NCBI GenBank assembly: GCA_035494695.1
Contig: DATJGT010000036.1
Location: 9,211-73,210 of the forward strand
Source of the DNA: Rhizomicrobium sp.
Lineage (GTDB): Bacteria > Pseudomonadota > Alphaproteobacteria > Micropepsales > Micropepsaceae
DNA length: 64,000 bases
Reading direction: 5' to 3'
Within the stretch, counting starts at the first letter, position 1, and the number at the start of each line of letters is the position of its first letter. Below the pieces are notes generated by a model. The model had not been told where the DNA came from. It saw nothing but the letters and a program-made list of their open reading frames with translations, and made no database searches. Shown here piece by piece: positions 22,464 through 33,109 of the stretch. The position numbers and the translations under genes are program-made.

Positions 22464-24359
22464 CTACTCGACCGGCGTCATGCGCGAGCCAAGCAGGCGA
22501 TGGACCTCCTGCCAGCTTTCCTCGCTTGCCTCCGCCTTGAAACGTTCCATGGCCCGCTTCCGTTCGGGAGCGAACTCGGCCATTTCTCGCAACTGGGCTG
22601 CGGCATGGAGCCAGCGGGCCTCGAGATCATCGACCTTGGCATCTCCTTGCGCGGCACTGGCGGACGCCGCCGCCTGCTCATTCTCACCGCCAAGGTCGCC
22701 GGGCGACCGCGGACCGCCCAAGCGATCCAGCAATTCGCCCAACCCTGCGCGAATGAGATGGTTTTCCAGGCCCCTCTTTTCAAGCCTGAAGCCGGAGGCC
22801 GCGACGTTTAGGAGTTCCTGCCTCAGCCTGTCAAGCAATCGGTCCGAGAATGGCAGGCCAGCGAGAACCTCGCCTTGATGTAGCGCAATTTCCGGCGCCT
22901 CGAGCAGCAGCGCCGCCACCTCCATCTCCTTCCGCCGGCGCGCGCCCGTATCAGCAGCACGGGCGAGAAGGCTGTTCTTGACTGCCGGTGACACAGACTC
23001 GACGGGAGCACCCTGAGAAGGGGTGAAGCTGCGGCCTGCCGTGAGCTCGCGCCGAAACGAGCGCTGACCCTTTTGACCGTGAAAGGTTCGCCTTTTGAAG
23101 GTGTCAAAGACCTTCTGTTCAAAATCGCGGCGATAATAATCCGCGATCTTGGGGTCCTGAATGGCGGACACGATTTCCGCCAGTGACCGTTCTAGTCCGG
23201 CTCGGCGCTCCGGCGTGGTAAAGTCCTTGGCCGCTGTTTCGACCCGCCATAACACTTTCGCAAGCGGCTCTGCCTGGTCCAGCAGCACCTTCATCGCGGC
23301 TGGGCCAGATGCCCGAATGAGGCTGTCCGGATCCTCGCCCGGCGGCAGGAACGCAAAGCGCAGCGAGTAGCCAGGCTTGAGATGCGGCAGGGCCAGTCGC
23401 GCGGCGCGATTGCCGGCGCGCAAGCCGGCTTCGTCGCCGTCGAACGCGAGGATCGGCTCCGGCGCGACCCGCCACAGCAAGTGCAATTGTTCTTCTGTCA
23501 GCGCGGTGCCGAGAGGGGCAACCGCATGATCGAAGCCCGCGCGGACCAGCGCGATCACATCCATGTAGCCTTCGGCAAGTATGATCGTGCCGCTCTTGAG
23601 CGCGGCCGGGCGCGCGGTCGCGAAATTGTAAAGCAGCCGGCCTTTCGAGAAGAGCGGCGTCTCGCCAGTGTTGATGTATTTGGGCTTGGCGTCGGGATCG
23701 AGCGCGCGGGCGCCGAACGCGATTGCGCGGCCGCGGGCATCGGTAATTGGAAACATCAGCCGATTGAAAAAGAAGTCGCGCGCCTCGCGCCCATCGTCCG
23801 CCGGGCGCGCGAGGCCGGCGGCGACCATGTCCTGTAACGAGATTTTCTTCGCCGCCAGATGGCCGATCAGCCCCGCGTTGGAATTCGGCGCATAACCAAG
23901 GCGGAATTGCTTTGCCGTCGCATCCTCCAGACCACGGGAGCGCAGATAGTTCCGCGCCTCCGCGCCTCCGCGTGCCTGCAACTGCTCCTCAAAAAAACGA
24001 CATGCCAACTCGGCGATTTCATAGAGCGACTTTTTCTGTTCTTCGCGCGCCTCGTCTTCCGGTGACCATTTCGGCAACTCGACTCCGGCGTCGCTTGCGA
24101 GCCGCTCGACGGCTTCCGGAAACGTGAGGCCCTCCGTTTCCATCAGCCACTTAAAGGCATCGCCACCGGCGCCGCAGCCGAAGCACTTGTAGGTGCGCCG
24201 CTCGTTCTCGACCTTAAAGCTCGGGGATTTTTCCTGGTGGAATGGGCAGCAGCCCCACATCACGCGGCCCTTGCGGACGAGCTTGACGCGCCGCGCAACC
24301 AGCTGGACCAAATCCGTCCGGCGGACGACCTCCTCAAGCAGATTGGGGCTGAATCGCAT
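22464..24359 (-). CDS. dnaG: DNA primase
   Basis: [11 protein letters not shown]...CFGC zinc finger, [24 protein letters not shown]. Confidence 0.97.
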   Translation of the reverse strand: MRFSPNLLEEVVRRTDLVQLVARRVKLVRKGRVMWGCCPFHQEKSPSFKVENERRTYKCFGCGAGGDAFKWLMETEGLTFPEAVERLASDAGVELPKWSPEDEAREEQKKSLYEIAELACRFFEEQLQARGGAEARNYLRSRGLEDATAKQFRLGYAPNSNAGLIGHLAAKKISLQDMVAAGLARPADDGREARDFFFNRLMFPITDARGRAIAFGARALDPDAKPKYINTGETPLFSKGRLLYNFATARPAALKSGTIILAEGYMDVIALVRAGFDHAVAPLGTALTEEQLHLLWRVAPEPILAFDGDEAGLRAGNRAARLALPHLKPGYSLRFAFLPPGEDPDSLIRASGPAAMKVLLDQAEPLAKVLWRVETAAKDFTTPERRAGLERSLAEIVSAIQDPKIADYYRRDFEQKVFDTFKRRTFHGQKGQRSFRRELTAGRSFTPSQGAPVESVSPAVKNSLLARAADTGARRRKEMEVAALLLEAPEIALHQGEVLAGLPFSDRLLDRLRQELLNVAASGFRLEKRGLENHLIRAGLGELLDRLGGPRSPGDLGGENEQAAASASAAQGDAKVDDLEARWLHAAAQLREMAEFAPERKRAMERFKAEASEESWQEVHRLLGSRMTPVE

Positions 24360-24429
24360 GGGACCAGTTTAGGCGGAACGGCCGGTGATTCGCGCCTCTT
24401 TTTCACCTATCCCCAGCTTCGGTGCCGTT

Positions 24430-24900
24430 CTAGCCTTTCGGCGCGCTCAGGAGGTCTTTCACCGTGGCGCTGGCTTTCGCAAAGTCCATTTGCCCGGCGT
24501 AGCGCTCCTTTAGCGCCGCCATGACCCGGCCCATGTCCTTCATCGACGCCGCGCCGAGTTCGGAAATGGCGGATTGCGCGGCGGCGCGGGCCTCCTCCAG
24601 CGACATCTGCTTCGGCATGAACTCCCGGATGATCGCGATTTCCTCGCGCTCGGACTGCGCGAGCTCCGGTCGCCCCCCCTGCTCAAAGGCGGCCGCCGAT
24701 TCCTCGCGCTGCTTGATCATCTTGGCCAGCAGACCGAGAACGTCTTCGTCGGAAACGCCCTCGCGACTCGTCTCCGTACGCGCGGCAATATCCTTGTCCT
24801 TAAGCGCCGCCAGGACCATGCGCATCGTCGAGACGCGCTTCTGATCCTTCGCCTTCATCGCCTCTTTCAATTGCTCGTTGAACCGCTCGCGCAGGGCCAT
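24430..24900 (-). CDS. GatB/YqeY domain protein
   Basis: LKEAMKAKD, KMIKQREES, DMGRVM. Confidence 0.92.
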   Translation of the reverse strand: MALRERFNEQLKEAMKAKDQKRVSTMRMVLAALKDKDIAARTETSREGVSDEDVLGLLAKMIKQREESAAAFEQGGRPELAQSEREEIAIIREFMPKQMSLEEARAAAQSAISELGAASMKDMGRVMAALKERYAGQMDFAKASATVKDLLSAPKG

Positions 24901-25047
24901 TGTTCGCTCCGAATTTGCCGGAAAGGCGCAGTTTAGGCCGAGTCCATATGCCGCCACAACGCAAGGCGCCGCATGTCAAATGCGCGGATTTCACGCGGTT
25001 GACCCCGGCCCACACCATTCCTATTTTCCGCGAAATCCGAGGCTCCC

Positions 25048-26232
25048 ATGACCGAAAGCCTATCCGCCACCGCCGCTCGCCCGGCGGCAAGCTTTTCACG
25101 CGCGACCGCAAGGCTCGTGCTGGCGGACGGCACCGTTTTCGAGGGCTCGGGATTCGGCGCCGAAACGGCGGCGGTGGGCGAAGTCTGCTTCAACACCGCG
25201 ATGACCGGCTATCAGGAGATTCTCACCGATCCCTCCTATGCCGGACAGATCGTGGCCTTTACCTTTCCGCACATCGGGATCGTGGGCACCAACTCGGAGG
25301 ACATCGAATCACTCACGCCGGTCCTGCGTGGCGTGGTCGTTCGCGCGGATGCGGAACATCCCTCCAATTATCGCGCACTGTCTGCGCTCGACCGCTGGCT
25401 CAAGCTCCACAATATCCCGGGCATCTCCGGCATCGACACGCGCGCGCTGACCAATCGCATCCGTGAGCAGGGCATGCCGCATGGCGTCGTCGCGCATAAC
25501 CCGCGTGGCGAGTTCGATGGGCGTGCGCTCGTCAATCAGGCGCGTAAGTTCCCTGGGCTTGTCGGACTCGATCTGGCGAAAGACGTGAGCTGCCGACAAA
25601 CCTATACCTGGCGCGAAACGCCATGGGCGTGGAACGAGGGCTATGGACTGGAAGCCGCGCCGAGCTGGCGCGCGGTGGTGATCGACTATGGCGTGAAGCG
25701 GAATATTCTCCGCCAGCTCGCCGGGCATGGCGCCGACATCGTCGTGTTGCCCTGTCACGCCACGTTCGAGGACGTGATGCGGCATTCGCCCCATGGCGTG
25801 CTGCTCTCGAACGGTCCCGGCGATCCGGCCGCCACAGGCGCTTACGCAATCCCGACCATTCGCGGGTTGGTCGAGTCGAACGTGCCCGTGTTTGGCATCT
25901 GCCTGGGCCACCAGATGCTGGGGCTCGCGCTGGGCGGGACGACGCGAAAGATGGCGCAGGGCCATCACGGCGCCAACCACCCGGTGAAAGACCTCGAGAC
26001 CGGCAAGGTCGAGATCGTCTCCATGAATCACGGATTTACAGTTGATGCCGAGACACTTCCGCGGGACGTGAAGCAGACCCATGTCTCGCTCTTCGACGGC
26101 ACGAATTGCGGCTTGCGCCTCGAAGACAGGGACGTGTTCTCGGTCCAGTATCATCCGGAAGCTTCGCCCGGCCCGATGGATTCCCACTACCTCTTCGACC
26201 GTTTCGCGGCGGCGGCGCGGAAGCGGGCGTAA
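25048..26232 (+). CDS. carA: Carbamoyl-phosphate synthase small subunit
   Basis: FNTAMTGYQE, LSNGPGDP, GICLGHQ, QYHPEASPGP. Confidence 0.97.
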   Translation: MTESLSATAARPAASFSRATARLVLADGTVFEGSGFGAETAAVGEVCFNTAMTGYQEILTDPSYAGQIVAFTFPHIGIVGTNSEDIESLTPVLRGVVVRADAEHPSNYRALSALDRWLKLHNIPGISGIDTRALTNRIREQGMPHGVVAHNPRGEFDGRALVNQARKFPGLVGLDLAKDVSCRQTYTWRETPWAWNEGYGLEAAPSWRAVVIDYGVKRNILRQLAGHGADIVVLPCHATFEDVMRHSPHGVLLSNGPGDPAATGAYAIPTIRGLVESNVPVFGICLGHQMLGLALGGTTRKMAQGHHGANHPVKDLETGKVEIVSMNHGFTVDAETLPRDVKQTHVSLFDGTNCGLRLEDRDVFSVQYHPEASPGPMDSHYLFDRFAAAARKRA

Positions 26233-26239
26233 TCGCCCC

Positions 26240-26266
26240 GGAATAAATTCACCCCAAAACCGGTAT
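26240..26266 (+). promoter_or_regulatory. Candidate ECF sigma promoter, copy 1 (upstream of the sigma gene)
   Basis: GGAATAAAT-N11-CCGGTAT; the same motif and spacing recur at 27592. Confidence 0.75.
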
Positions 26267-26298
26267 AGTGAGCGTGGTTCCGATTGGGATGACGCCGG

Positions 26299-26826
26299 CT
26301 GGCAATTGCGATCGATGAACGGCGCCGCAAATTCGAGGCGCTGCTGCTGCCGCATCTGGACGCGGCATACAATCTTGCGCGTTGGCTCTGCCGCTCGCCG
26401 ACAGAAGCCGAGGACATCGTGCAGGACGCGGTGCTGCGCGCCTATCGCGCTTTTGATGGCATCCGCGGCACAGACATTAAGCCTTGGCTGCTTGCGATCG
26501 TCCGCAACTGCTGCCGCAATGCCGGAACCGTTGCTAAACGCCACGCTCATGCCCCGTTACCGGGACCGGATGATCCGGCACTGATCGCCGACGGCTCGGA
26601 TCCGGAACAAGCTGCCGTGCAGACAAGCGAGAATCGCAAATTGAACGCGGTCGTGGCGCTGCTTCCGGACGAATTTCGCGACGTTCTGATCCTGCGTGAG
26701 ATCGAAGACATGAGCTATCGCGAGATTGCAGAAGCGCTGGAAATTCCCGTCGGCACCGTGATGTCACGACTGGCGCGCGCCCGCACGATGTTGAAGCAAA
26801 AATGGATGGCGGAGGAGCGCGCATGA
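26299..26826 (+). CDS. ECF sigma factor (non-canonical start, probably CTG 26299)
   Basis: Frame extends upstream of the track start: RRRKFEALLLPHLDAAYNLARWL..AEDIVQDA; region 4 MSYREIAEALEIPVGTVMSRLARAR; in-frame TGA at 26290-26292 bounds it. Confidence 0.88.
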   Translation: MAIAIDERRRKFEALLLPHLDAAYNLARWLCRSPTEAEDIVQDAVLRAYRAFDGIRGTDIKPWLLAIVRNCCRNAGTVAKRHAHAPLPGPDDPALIADGSDPEQAAVQTSENRKLNAVVALLPDEFRDVLILREIEDMSYREIAEALEIPVGTVMSRLARARTMLKQKWMAEERA

Positions 26827-27581
26827 GCTGCCCCGAATTGTTGCGCACACAGGCCTTCCTAGATGGCGAACTGGATGACAAGGCGGCTGCGGAAGTCGAG
26901 GGCCATATCGAAACGTGCCCGGAATGCCAGGCCTTCAGCAGCGATACGGCAGGATTGAGCGATGCCATCCGGCGCGGGCTAGCGCACTATCATGCTCCCG
27001 CAAGCCTGCGAAAACACATCGGTGAAGCCCTTGATGCCGAAATTGGCTCGCAGCAAATCGTTTCCCTGCATCCGAGACGGCGCAGCTTCTGGTTCGGTGC
27101 GGCGAGCGGTGTTGGAGTTTCGGCGCTCGCGGCTGCGTTTGCGCTACTAACCTTGCTTCCGCCATCCGCAGCAACGCTTGCCGAGGCGGTGACGGATGCG
27201 CACACGCAGGCGCTGATGAGGGGGCAGGTGATTCAGGTGGCATCAAGCAATCACCATACCGTGAAGCCGTGGTTCGCCGGTCGCGTGCCGGTTTCTCCGC
27301 TGGTCGTCGACTTTGCACAGCAAGGCTTTCCGCTCCTAGGCGGTCGCATCGACGAGGTTGCGGGTTCTCGCGCCGCCGTTGTCGCGTACCGCCACGGCAA
27401 ACATGAAATCGATCTGTTCGTCTGGGCAGACAAGGGCTCGCGCCTGCCGGGACAAAGCACCGCGCACGGCTATCATTCGATCTTCTGGAAGAGTGGCGAT
27501 CTCGATTTTGCAGCGGTGTCTGATACCGATCGCACCGAACTGACCAAATTCGTGAGCCTCGTACGCAGTCAGCCGGAATGA
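26823..27581 (+). CDS. Transmembrane anti-sigma factor with zf-HC2 domain
   Basis: ATGA overlap with sigma stop; C...HIETCPEC (HxxxCxxC); TM segment; HTVKPWF...GFPLLGGR. Confidence 0.9.
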   Translation: MSCPELLRTQAFLDGELDDKAAAEVEGHIETCPECQAFSSDTAGLSDAIRRGLAHYHAPASLRKHIGEALDAEIGSQQIVSLHPRRRSFWFGAASGVGVSALAAAFALLTLLPPSAATLAEAVTDAHTQALMRGQVIQVASSNHHTVKPWFAGRVPVSPLVVDFAQQGFPLLGGRIDEVAGSRAAVVAYRHGKHEIDLFVWADKGSRLPGQSTAHGYHSIFWKSGDLDFAAVSDTDRTELTKFVSLVRSQPE

Positions 27582-27591
27582 TTCCGCGCCG

Positions 27592-27618
27592 GGAATAAAT
27601 CTCGCCTTCAGCCGGTAT
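27592..27618 (+). promoter_or_regulatory. Candidate ECF sigma promoter, copy 2 (upstream of the phosphoesterase)
   Basis: GGAATAAAT-N11-CCGGTAT. Confidence 0.75.
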
Positions 27619-27652
27619 GGCATTTCGACGTTCGAGACAACGAGGGCGAGAC

Positions 27653-28573
27653 ATGGAGAATCAAAAATCACGGCGGGACGCGCTGAGGTGCCTGGCCTAC
27701 GGAAGCGCCGGTACACTATTCGCCGTTACCGGCGGCGTTCTGACCCCAATCGACCTGGCGCTTGGCATGAGCACGCGCGATATGAAAGCTGCGACGCCAC
27801 TCTTCGTGCAGATCAGCGACACGCATATCGGATTCAACAAGGACGCCAATCCGGATGTCAACGGCACGCTCAAGCGCACCATCGAGCTTGTCAATGCCAT
27901 GCCGCAAAAGCCGGCCTTCATCATGCACACCGGCGACATCACCCATCTCACCAAACCCGAAGAATTCGATCTGGCGCAGCAGCTCCTTTCGGGCCTGCAG
28001 GTGACCGAATTGCACACCGTTCCCGGCGAGCACGACACAACCGATGGGACGGGCGCGGAATACTTCAAGCGTTTTGGAAAGGCCTCGGATAACCGCGGCT
28101 ACTACAGCTTCGACCACAATGGTGTGCACTTTGTGGCCCTGGTTAACGTGATGAACTTCAAGGCTGGCGGCCTCGGCGCGCTCGGCAACGAGCAAATGAC
28201 GTGGCTCGAGTCCGACTTGAAAGGGCGCCGATCGAGCCAGCCGGTCGTGCTATTCGCGCACATGCCGCTCTGGACGATTTACGAGCCATGGGGATGGGGC
28301 ACGGCGGAATCCGACCACATCATGGCGCTGCTCCGCCGATTCGGTTCTGCGACCGTGCTGAACGGCCATATCCACCAAATCGTGCAGAAAGTCGAAGGCA
28401 ATATCACCCTGCACACGGCGCGCTCGACGGCTTATCCGCAGCCCGCTGCCGGCACCGCGCCGGCGCCGGGACCACTCAAGGTTCCCACCGACGAACTGCC
28501 GAAAATGCTGGGCGTCACCAGCGTAACGGTGAAGGACCTGCAGAGCTCTCTCGCCGACACGACCCTCGCCTGA
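27653..28573 (+). CDS. Tat-exported calcineurin-like metallophosphoesterase (Icc/CpdA-like)
   Basis: SRRDAL twin-arginine; SDTH, TGDITH, PGEHD, HMPL, NGHIH. Confidence 0.88.
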   Translation: MENQKSRRDALRCLAYGSAGTLFAVTGGVLTPIDLALGMSTRDMKAATPLFVQISDTHIGFNKDANPDVNGTLKRTIELVNAMPQKPAFIMHTGDITHLTKPEEFDLAQQLLSGLQVTELHTVPGEHDTTDGTGAEYFKRFGKASDNRGYYSFDHNGVHFVALVNVMNFKAGGLGALGNEQMTWLESDLKGRRSSQPVVLFAHMPLWTIYEPWGWGTAESDHIMALLRRFGSATVLNGHIHQIVQKVEGNITLHTARSTAYPQPAAGTAPAPGPLKVPTDELPKMLGVTSVTVKDLQSSLADTTLA

Positions 28574-28604
28574 ATTATCCAACCAAATTGAAAGGATCTG
28601 CCGC

Positions 28605-28928
28605 ATGTCTCTGAACGCGAAACTTTACCTCGTGCCTACTGCTGTGCTTGCCTTGCTGTTTTCGCTGCCGGCGCGCGCGGACACGAACACCATCACGATC
28701 AAAAACTTCAACTTTGCGCCGATGCAAATCAGCATTGGAGCTGGCACCACGATCACATGGCACAACGCCGACGAGGAGCCGCACACCGTGACGAGCGACT
28801 CCGGCGCCTTCCGCTCCGGCGCGATCGATGGCGGTGCGACCTATTCCTTCAAATTCGCAAAGCCCGGGACGTACAAATATCTGTGCTCCATCCATCCGCA
28901 GATGATGGGCACCATTATCGTGAAGTGA
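28605..28928 (+). CDS. Secreted cupredoxin (amicyanin/plastocyanin-like)
   Basis: Signal peptide; type-1 Cu ligands PH..., CSIHPQM. Confidence 0.9.
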   Translation: MSLNAKLYLVPTAVLALLFSLPARADTNTITIKNFNFAPMQISIGAGTTITWHNADEEPHTVTSDSGAFRSGAIDGGATYSFKFAKPGTYKYLCSIHPQMMGTIIVK

Positions 28929-28986
28929 TTTGCGGGAAAGCACTCCCCGCGCGCGGCGCAGTGTTTGCCTCGCCCGCCACTCCGGT

Positions 28987-29400
28987 TCATTTCTGGCGCA
29001 ATTCCTTGCGGATCACCAGCTTCAGGCCTGACCAGATGTCCGTGACCGCGCAGACCTTTACATCGACGAGATCGGCCTTGAGAGCGCGGGCACGAATTTC
29101 ATCCTCCGTCACATCGGTTCGAATCTCGGCGGACCTCTTGAACCAGGAGACCCAGAGCGCGCCGTCTTGAGTCATTGCGGCCCGTGCACGCGGCATTTGC
29201 GTCTCGAGTTCTGCCAATGCCACAACGAAAAGATGTACAAGCTCGGCGCCGGTCTTCGGCGGTTTCTGAACGAATTCCACGCCTTTGGGAATCGCGCCAA
29301 GCCAGCTGCGATATTCCGCCGGCGCGTTGATCGTGAAGAACCTGTCGCCGGGCTTGATGCCCAGCTTCTTCATCAGCGGCGTCCCCGAATAGCCAGCCAT
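28987..29400 (-). CDS. DUF3052-like protein
   Basis: MAGYSGTPLMKKLGIK...LVDVKVCAV..WSGLKLV. Confidence 0.8.
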   Translation of the reverse strand: MAGYSGTPLMKKLGIKPGDRFFTINAPAEYRSWLGAIPKGVEFVQKPPKTGAELVHLFVVALAELETQMPRARAAMTQDGALWVSWFKRSAEIRTDVTEDEIRARALKADLVDVKVCAVTDIWSGLKLVIRKELRQK

Positions 29401-29780
29401 CAGTCTTTCAGCCGCCAGGGCGGGAAGCGGCGCAGCTCGCCGGCATGGTAAAGGCAAATTTTTACGCCGGCGGGATCGGTCAGCCAGGCTTCGCGCCACA
29501 ACCAGCGCTGATCCACGGGATCGGAATCGAACACGAAGCCCTTTCTTTTCAATTCGGCAACGCGTGTATCGAGATCGTCGCATTCGAAGTAAACGTGCGC
29601 GCCATTGCCGGCACTGCTCGCATTCTCCGTTACATGCAAGGAGAACGTGTCACTGCCGTCGCCGACTTCGAAACGCGCGTACTCAGGCGATTTCACGATG
29701 AGTTTCAACCCAAGAGCCCCGTAGAATGCAATCGATCGCTCGAGATTGATCGCGGGCACCGTGACCTGGTTGAGCTTCAT
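29400..29780 (-). CDS. VOC/glyoxalase family protein
   Basis: LNQVTV...SIAFY, YFECDDLD, WREAWLTDPAG. Confidence 0.9.
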   Translation of the reverse strand: MKLNQVTVPAINLERSIAFYGALGLKLIVKSPEYARFEVGDGSDTFSLHVTENASSAGNGAHVYFECDDLDTRVAELKRKGFVFDSDPVDQRWLWREAWLTDPAGVKICLYHAGELRRFPPWRLKD

Positions 29781-30271
29781 GTCTCCCTGCGTGCCTCCCA
29801 TTCGGGTCTGAGGATCGACATCTGAAGATACGAGCCGCGCGTTCCATCCGGCTCGACAAACGCTTCTCTTACTTTGCCTTCCTGGGTCCATCCAAGCGAA
29901 CGATAGACATGCGCGGCACGCGTGTTCGTCTCCACGACTTCGAGCCAAAAACGGTGTGTGTCCGTCCGGTTGAAGACCCACTTCATGACCGCCGCGAGGA
30001 ATGGCTTGCCGAACCCCATGCCCGCCTCGTGAACAGCGATGCGCTTCAGGTAGAGATTGGGAAATCCGAGAAAGCGGTCGCGCAGGATGACAAAGCCCCG
30101 CGGGCTTCGGTCGGCAACACCAAGCAAATATGTGAAGTCCCCGTCGTGCATGGTCGCCGTATGCTGTTCTTCCGGCCAGCAGCCAACGAGGCCGTGGTAT
30201 CCTGGCCTACGCTCGCAAGCCATGATGAAAGGAATATCGCGCTCCTTGGCACGGGTGAGTTCGATGCGCAT
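29777..30271 (-). CDS. GNAT family N-acetyltransferase
   Basis: GMGFGK, WLEVVETNTRAAHVYRSLGW. Confidence 0.85.
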   Translation of the reverse strand: MRIELTRAKERDIPFIMACERRPGYHGLVGCWPEEQHTATMHDGDFTYLLGVADRSPRGFVILRDRFLGFPNLYLKRIAVHEAGMGFGKPFLAAVMKWVFNRTDTHRFWLEVVETNTRAAHVYRSLGWTQEGKVREAFVEPDGTRGSYLQMSILRPEWEARRET

Positions 30272-30331
30272 GATCAAAATCTAGCGTCGGATGGATGTCG
30301 GTTGAAGAGCTCCTGCGGAACTGGCAGGAGT

Positions 30332-31165
30332 TCACTGGTCTGCGCCGCTATCCTCCGGCGCGATCCAGCCCTTCAGCTGGCTGGATGGCGGCGTGCCGAT
30401 AATGCTGTATCCGGCATCGAGGTAGTGAATTTCGCCGGTCACCCCGAGTGACATGTCACTCAGGAGATAAAGCGCGCCATTGCCGACATCGCCGAGACTG
30501 ACGGTGCGTTTCAGCGGGCTCTGCGCCTTGTTCCATTTGAACACCATGCGCGATTCGCTCACGACGGATCCCGCGAGTGTCCGCATTGGACCGGCAGAAA
30601 TGGCGTTCACGCGAATGTTTTCACGTCCGAGGTCGGCAGCGAGGTACCGGACGCTGGCCTCGAGCGCCGCCTTGGCCACCCCCATCACATTGTAGTTCGG
30701 CGTAACCCGCTGCGAGCCAAGATAGGTGAGCGTCAGCAGCGAGCCGCCATTCTTCATCAGCGGAAAGGCGCGTCTCGCCACGTCTGTGAAAGAATAGCAG
30801 GAAATCGCGAGCGATCGGCAGAAATTCTCGCGCGTGGTGTTGACGTATCTTCCCTTCAGTTCTTCGCGATCGGAGAACGCAATCGCGTGCACCACAAAAT
30901 CGAGCCGTCCCCATTCCCGCGCGAGTCGATCGAATGCAGCATCCAGTTCCTGGTCCTTTTCGACATCCGCTTGGAGCAGGATGCGTGAGCCAATCGAGTC
31001 GGCGAGCGGTTTGAGACGCTTTCCCTGCGCCTCGCCCTGGTACGTGAATGCGATTTCAGCGCCGTGCGCGTGCAGCGTGCGCGCAATGCCCCAGGCAATA
31101 GAATGGTCGTTTGCGACGCCCATCACCAGCCCGCGGCGGCCCTTCATCATCTCTTTGTCGGCCAT
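30332..31165 (-). CDS. fabI: Enoyl-ACP reductase
   Basis: GVANDHSIAWGIA, YNVMGVAKAALE, NAISAGP. Confidence 0.95.
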   Translation of the reverse strand: MADKEMMKGRRGLVMGVANDHSIAWGIARTLHAHGAEIAFTYQGEAQGKRLKPLADSIGSRILLQADVEKDQELDAAFDRLAREWGRLDFVVHAIAFSDREELKGRYVNTTRENFCRSLAISCYSFTDVARRAFPLMKNGGSLLTLTYLGSQRVTPNYNVMGVAKAALEASVRYLAADLGRENIRVNAISAGPMRTLAGSVVSESRMVFKWNKAQSPLKRTVSLGDVGNGALYLLSDMSLGVTGEIHYLDAGYSIIGTPPSSQLKGWIAPEDSGADQ

Positions 31166-31204
31166 GTCACCCTTAATGAATCGCGCAATCAGCCTTAGCA
31201 ATCA

Positions 31205-32425
31205 TCACGCGTCGTAGCGCTGAAAGACCAGACTGGCATTGGTGCCGCCGAAGCCGAATGAGTTGGAGAGCACTCTTTCGAGCTTCGCGCCATCAATGCG
31301 GGAGCGCACGACGGGCGCGTCGCCGATCTCCGGATCCAGCTCGTCGATGTTGGCGCTTTCGGCGATGAAGCCGTTTCGCATCTGAAGGATGGAATAGATC
31401 GCCTCCTGCGCGCCCGCTGCGCCGAGCGAGTGGCCCGTCAGCGACTTGGTCGAATTGACGAGCGGCATCCGCTCCCCGAATACCTCGCGCATCGCCTTGA
31501 TCTCCGTGACATCCCCGACCGGCGTCGAGGTGCCGTGCGCGTTCACGTAATCAATCGGGCCATTTACGGTCGAGATCGCCTGTTTCATGCAGCGGATCGC
31601 GCCTTCGCCGGAGGGAGCAACCATGTCATACCCATCGCTGGTTGCGCCGTAGCCGACCAGCTCACAGTAAATTTTGGCGCCGCGCGCCTTCGCGTGCTCC
31701 AGTTCTTCGAGGACCAGCACGCCGCCGCCGCCGGCAATCACAAACCCGTCCCGGTCTTTGTCGAACGCGCGTGAAGCGCGTTCCGGCGTATTGTTAAATT
31801 TCGACGACATCGCACCCATAGCATCGAACAGCGCAGACAATTCCCAATCCAGCTGCTCGCCGCCGCCCGCAAACACGATGTCCTGCTTGCCGTACTGGAT
31901 CATCTCGGCTGCGTTGCCGATACAATGCGCCGACGTCGAGCAGGCGGAGCTGATCGAATAATTCACGCCCTTGATCTTGAACCAGGTCGACAACACGGCC
32001 GAGCAGGTCGACGACATCGCTTTGGGCACAGCAAAGGGGCCGATGCGCTTGGGGCTGTGATTCTCGCGCGTAATATCCGCGGCTTTGACGATGACATCGA
32101 CCGAAGGCCCGCCGGAGCCGACAATCAGGCCAGTGCGTTCGTTGACGATATCCTTTTCTTCGAGACCGGAGTCCTGCAGCGCCTGCTGCATGGAGACAAA
32201 GGCATAAGCAGCCGTATCGCCCATGAAGCGCTTCGCGCGGCGGTCGATCAACGCATCGAGATCGATGTCCGGCCGCCCATGCACCTGGCTGCGAAAGCCG
32301 TACTCCTTTTGCTCCGGCCCGGCTGTGATGCCCGACTTCGCCTCGCGCAATGAGGCAACAACTTCCTGCGTGTTGTTGCCGATCGACGACACGATCCCCA
32401 TGCCGGTGACGACGACGCGTCTCAT
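31205..32425 (-). CDS. fabB: Beta-ketoacyl-ACP synthase I
   Basis: [30 protein letters not shown]. Confidence 0.95.
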   Translation of the reverse strand: MRRVVVTGMGIVSSIGNNTQEVVASLREAKSGITAGPEQKEYGFRSQVHGRPDIDLDALIDRRAKRFMGDTAAYAFVSMQQALQDSGLEEKDIVNERTGLIVGSGGPSVDVIVKAADITRENHSPKRIGPFAVPKAMSSTCSAVLSTWFKIKGVNYSISSACSTSAHCIGNAAEMIQYGKQDIVFAGGGEQLDWELSALFDAMGAMSSKFNNTPERASRAFDKDRDGFVIAGGGGVLVLEELEHAKARGAKIYCELVGYGATSDGYDMVAPSGEGAIRCMKQAISTVNGPIDYVNAHGTSTPVGDVTEIKAMREVFGERMPLVNSTKSLTGHSLGAAGAQEAIYSILQMRNGFIAESANIDELDPEIGDAPVVRSRIDGAKLERVLSNSFGFGGTNASLVFQRYDA

Positions 32426-32501
32426 GGGCCTTCTCCTTCTATCTCAGCAATGCGAACGCTTTCATTGGCGGCGCCATTGCAGAAAGACGAACGGCATTAC
32501 C

Positions 32502-33026
32502 TTATGCCGGCAGGGCCGCATCTTCCGTGGACAAGCCAACTTTAAGGTCCTTGGCCTCGTAGATCGTCTTGCCATCCACCTTCATGATGCCATCGGCAAC
32601 TCCCACCACGAGCCTGCGCATGATTACGCGCTTCAGGTCGATGTAGTAGCTCACCAGTTTGGCGCTGGGCAGCACCATGCCGGAGAACTTCACCTCGCCC
32701 ACCCCCAGCGCGCGGCCACGGCCAAGCCCGCCCAGCCAGGCAAGGAAGAACCCGATGAGCTGCCACATGGCGTCCACGCCGAGGCAGCCCGGCATGACAG
32801 GATCATTTTGAAAGTGGCATTTGAAAAACCAGAGGTCAGGCTTGATGTCGAGCTCAGCCTCGATTTGGCCCTTATCGACGCTTCCGCCTTTCTCCGAAAT
32901 CCGGGTGATCCGGTCGAACATCAGCATCGGCGGCAGCGGCAGCTTGGCGTTGCCTTCGCCGAAAAGTTCGCCGCGCGCGCAGGCCAGAAGCCCCTGCAGA
33001 TCAAAGCTCGATTTCCTGCCCAACAT
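32502..33026 (-). CDS. fabA: 3-hydroxyacyl-ACP dehydratase/isomerase
   Basis: [31 protein letters not shown]. Confidence 0.96.
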   Translation of the reverse strand: MLGRKSSFDLQGLLACARGELFGEGNAKLPLPPMLMFDRITRISEKGGSVDKGQIEAELDIKPDLWFFKCHFQNDPVMPGCLGVDAMWQLIGFFLAWLGGLGRGRALGVGEVKFSGMVLPSAKLVSYYIDLKRVIMRRLVVGVADGIMKVDGKTIYEAKDLKVGLSTEDAALPA

Positions 33027-33092
33027 GGTTCCTCGTAATCGTCCCGTTCCACCCTCTTGACCTGAACGCGGCAGAGAGCCAAATTGTCGTTT

Positions 33093-33109
33093 CTTAGAAG
33101 CGTTCTAAA
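33093..33109. promoter_or_regulatory. Irr box (ICE) between fabA and irr
   Basis: CTTAGAA-gcg-TTCTAAA versus consensus TTTAGAA-N3-TTCTAAA. Confidence 0.85.

Noticed and set aside
25309-26550. 413-aa minus-strand ORF
   Set aside because: Antisense to carA and the ECF sigma
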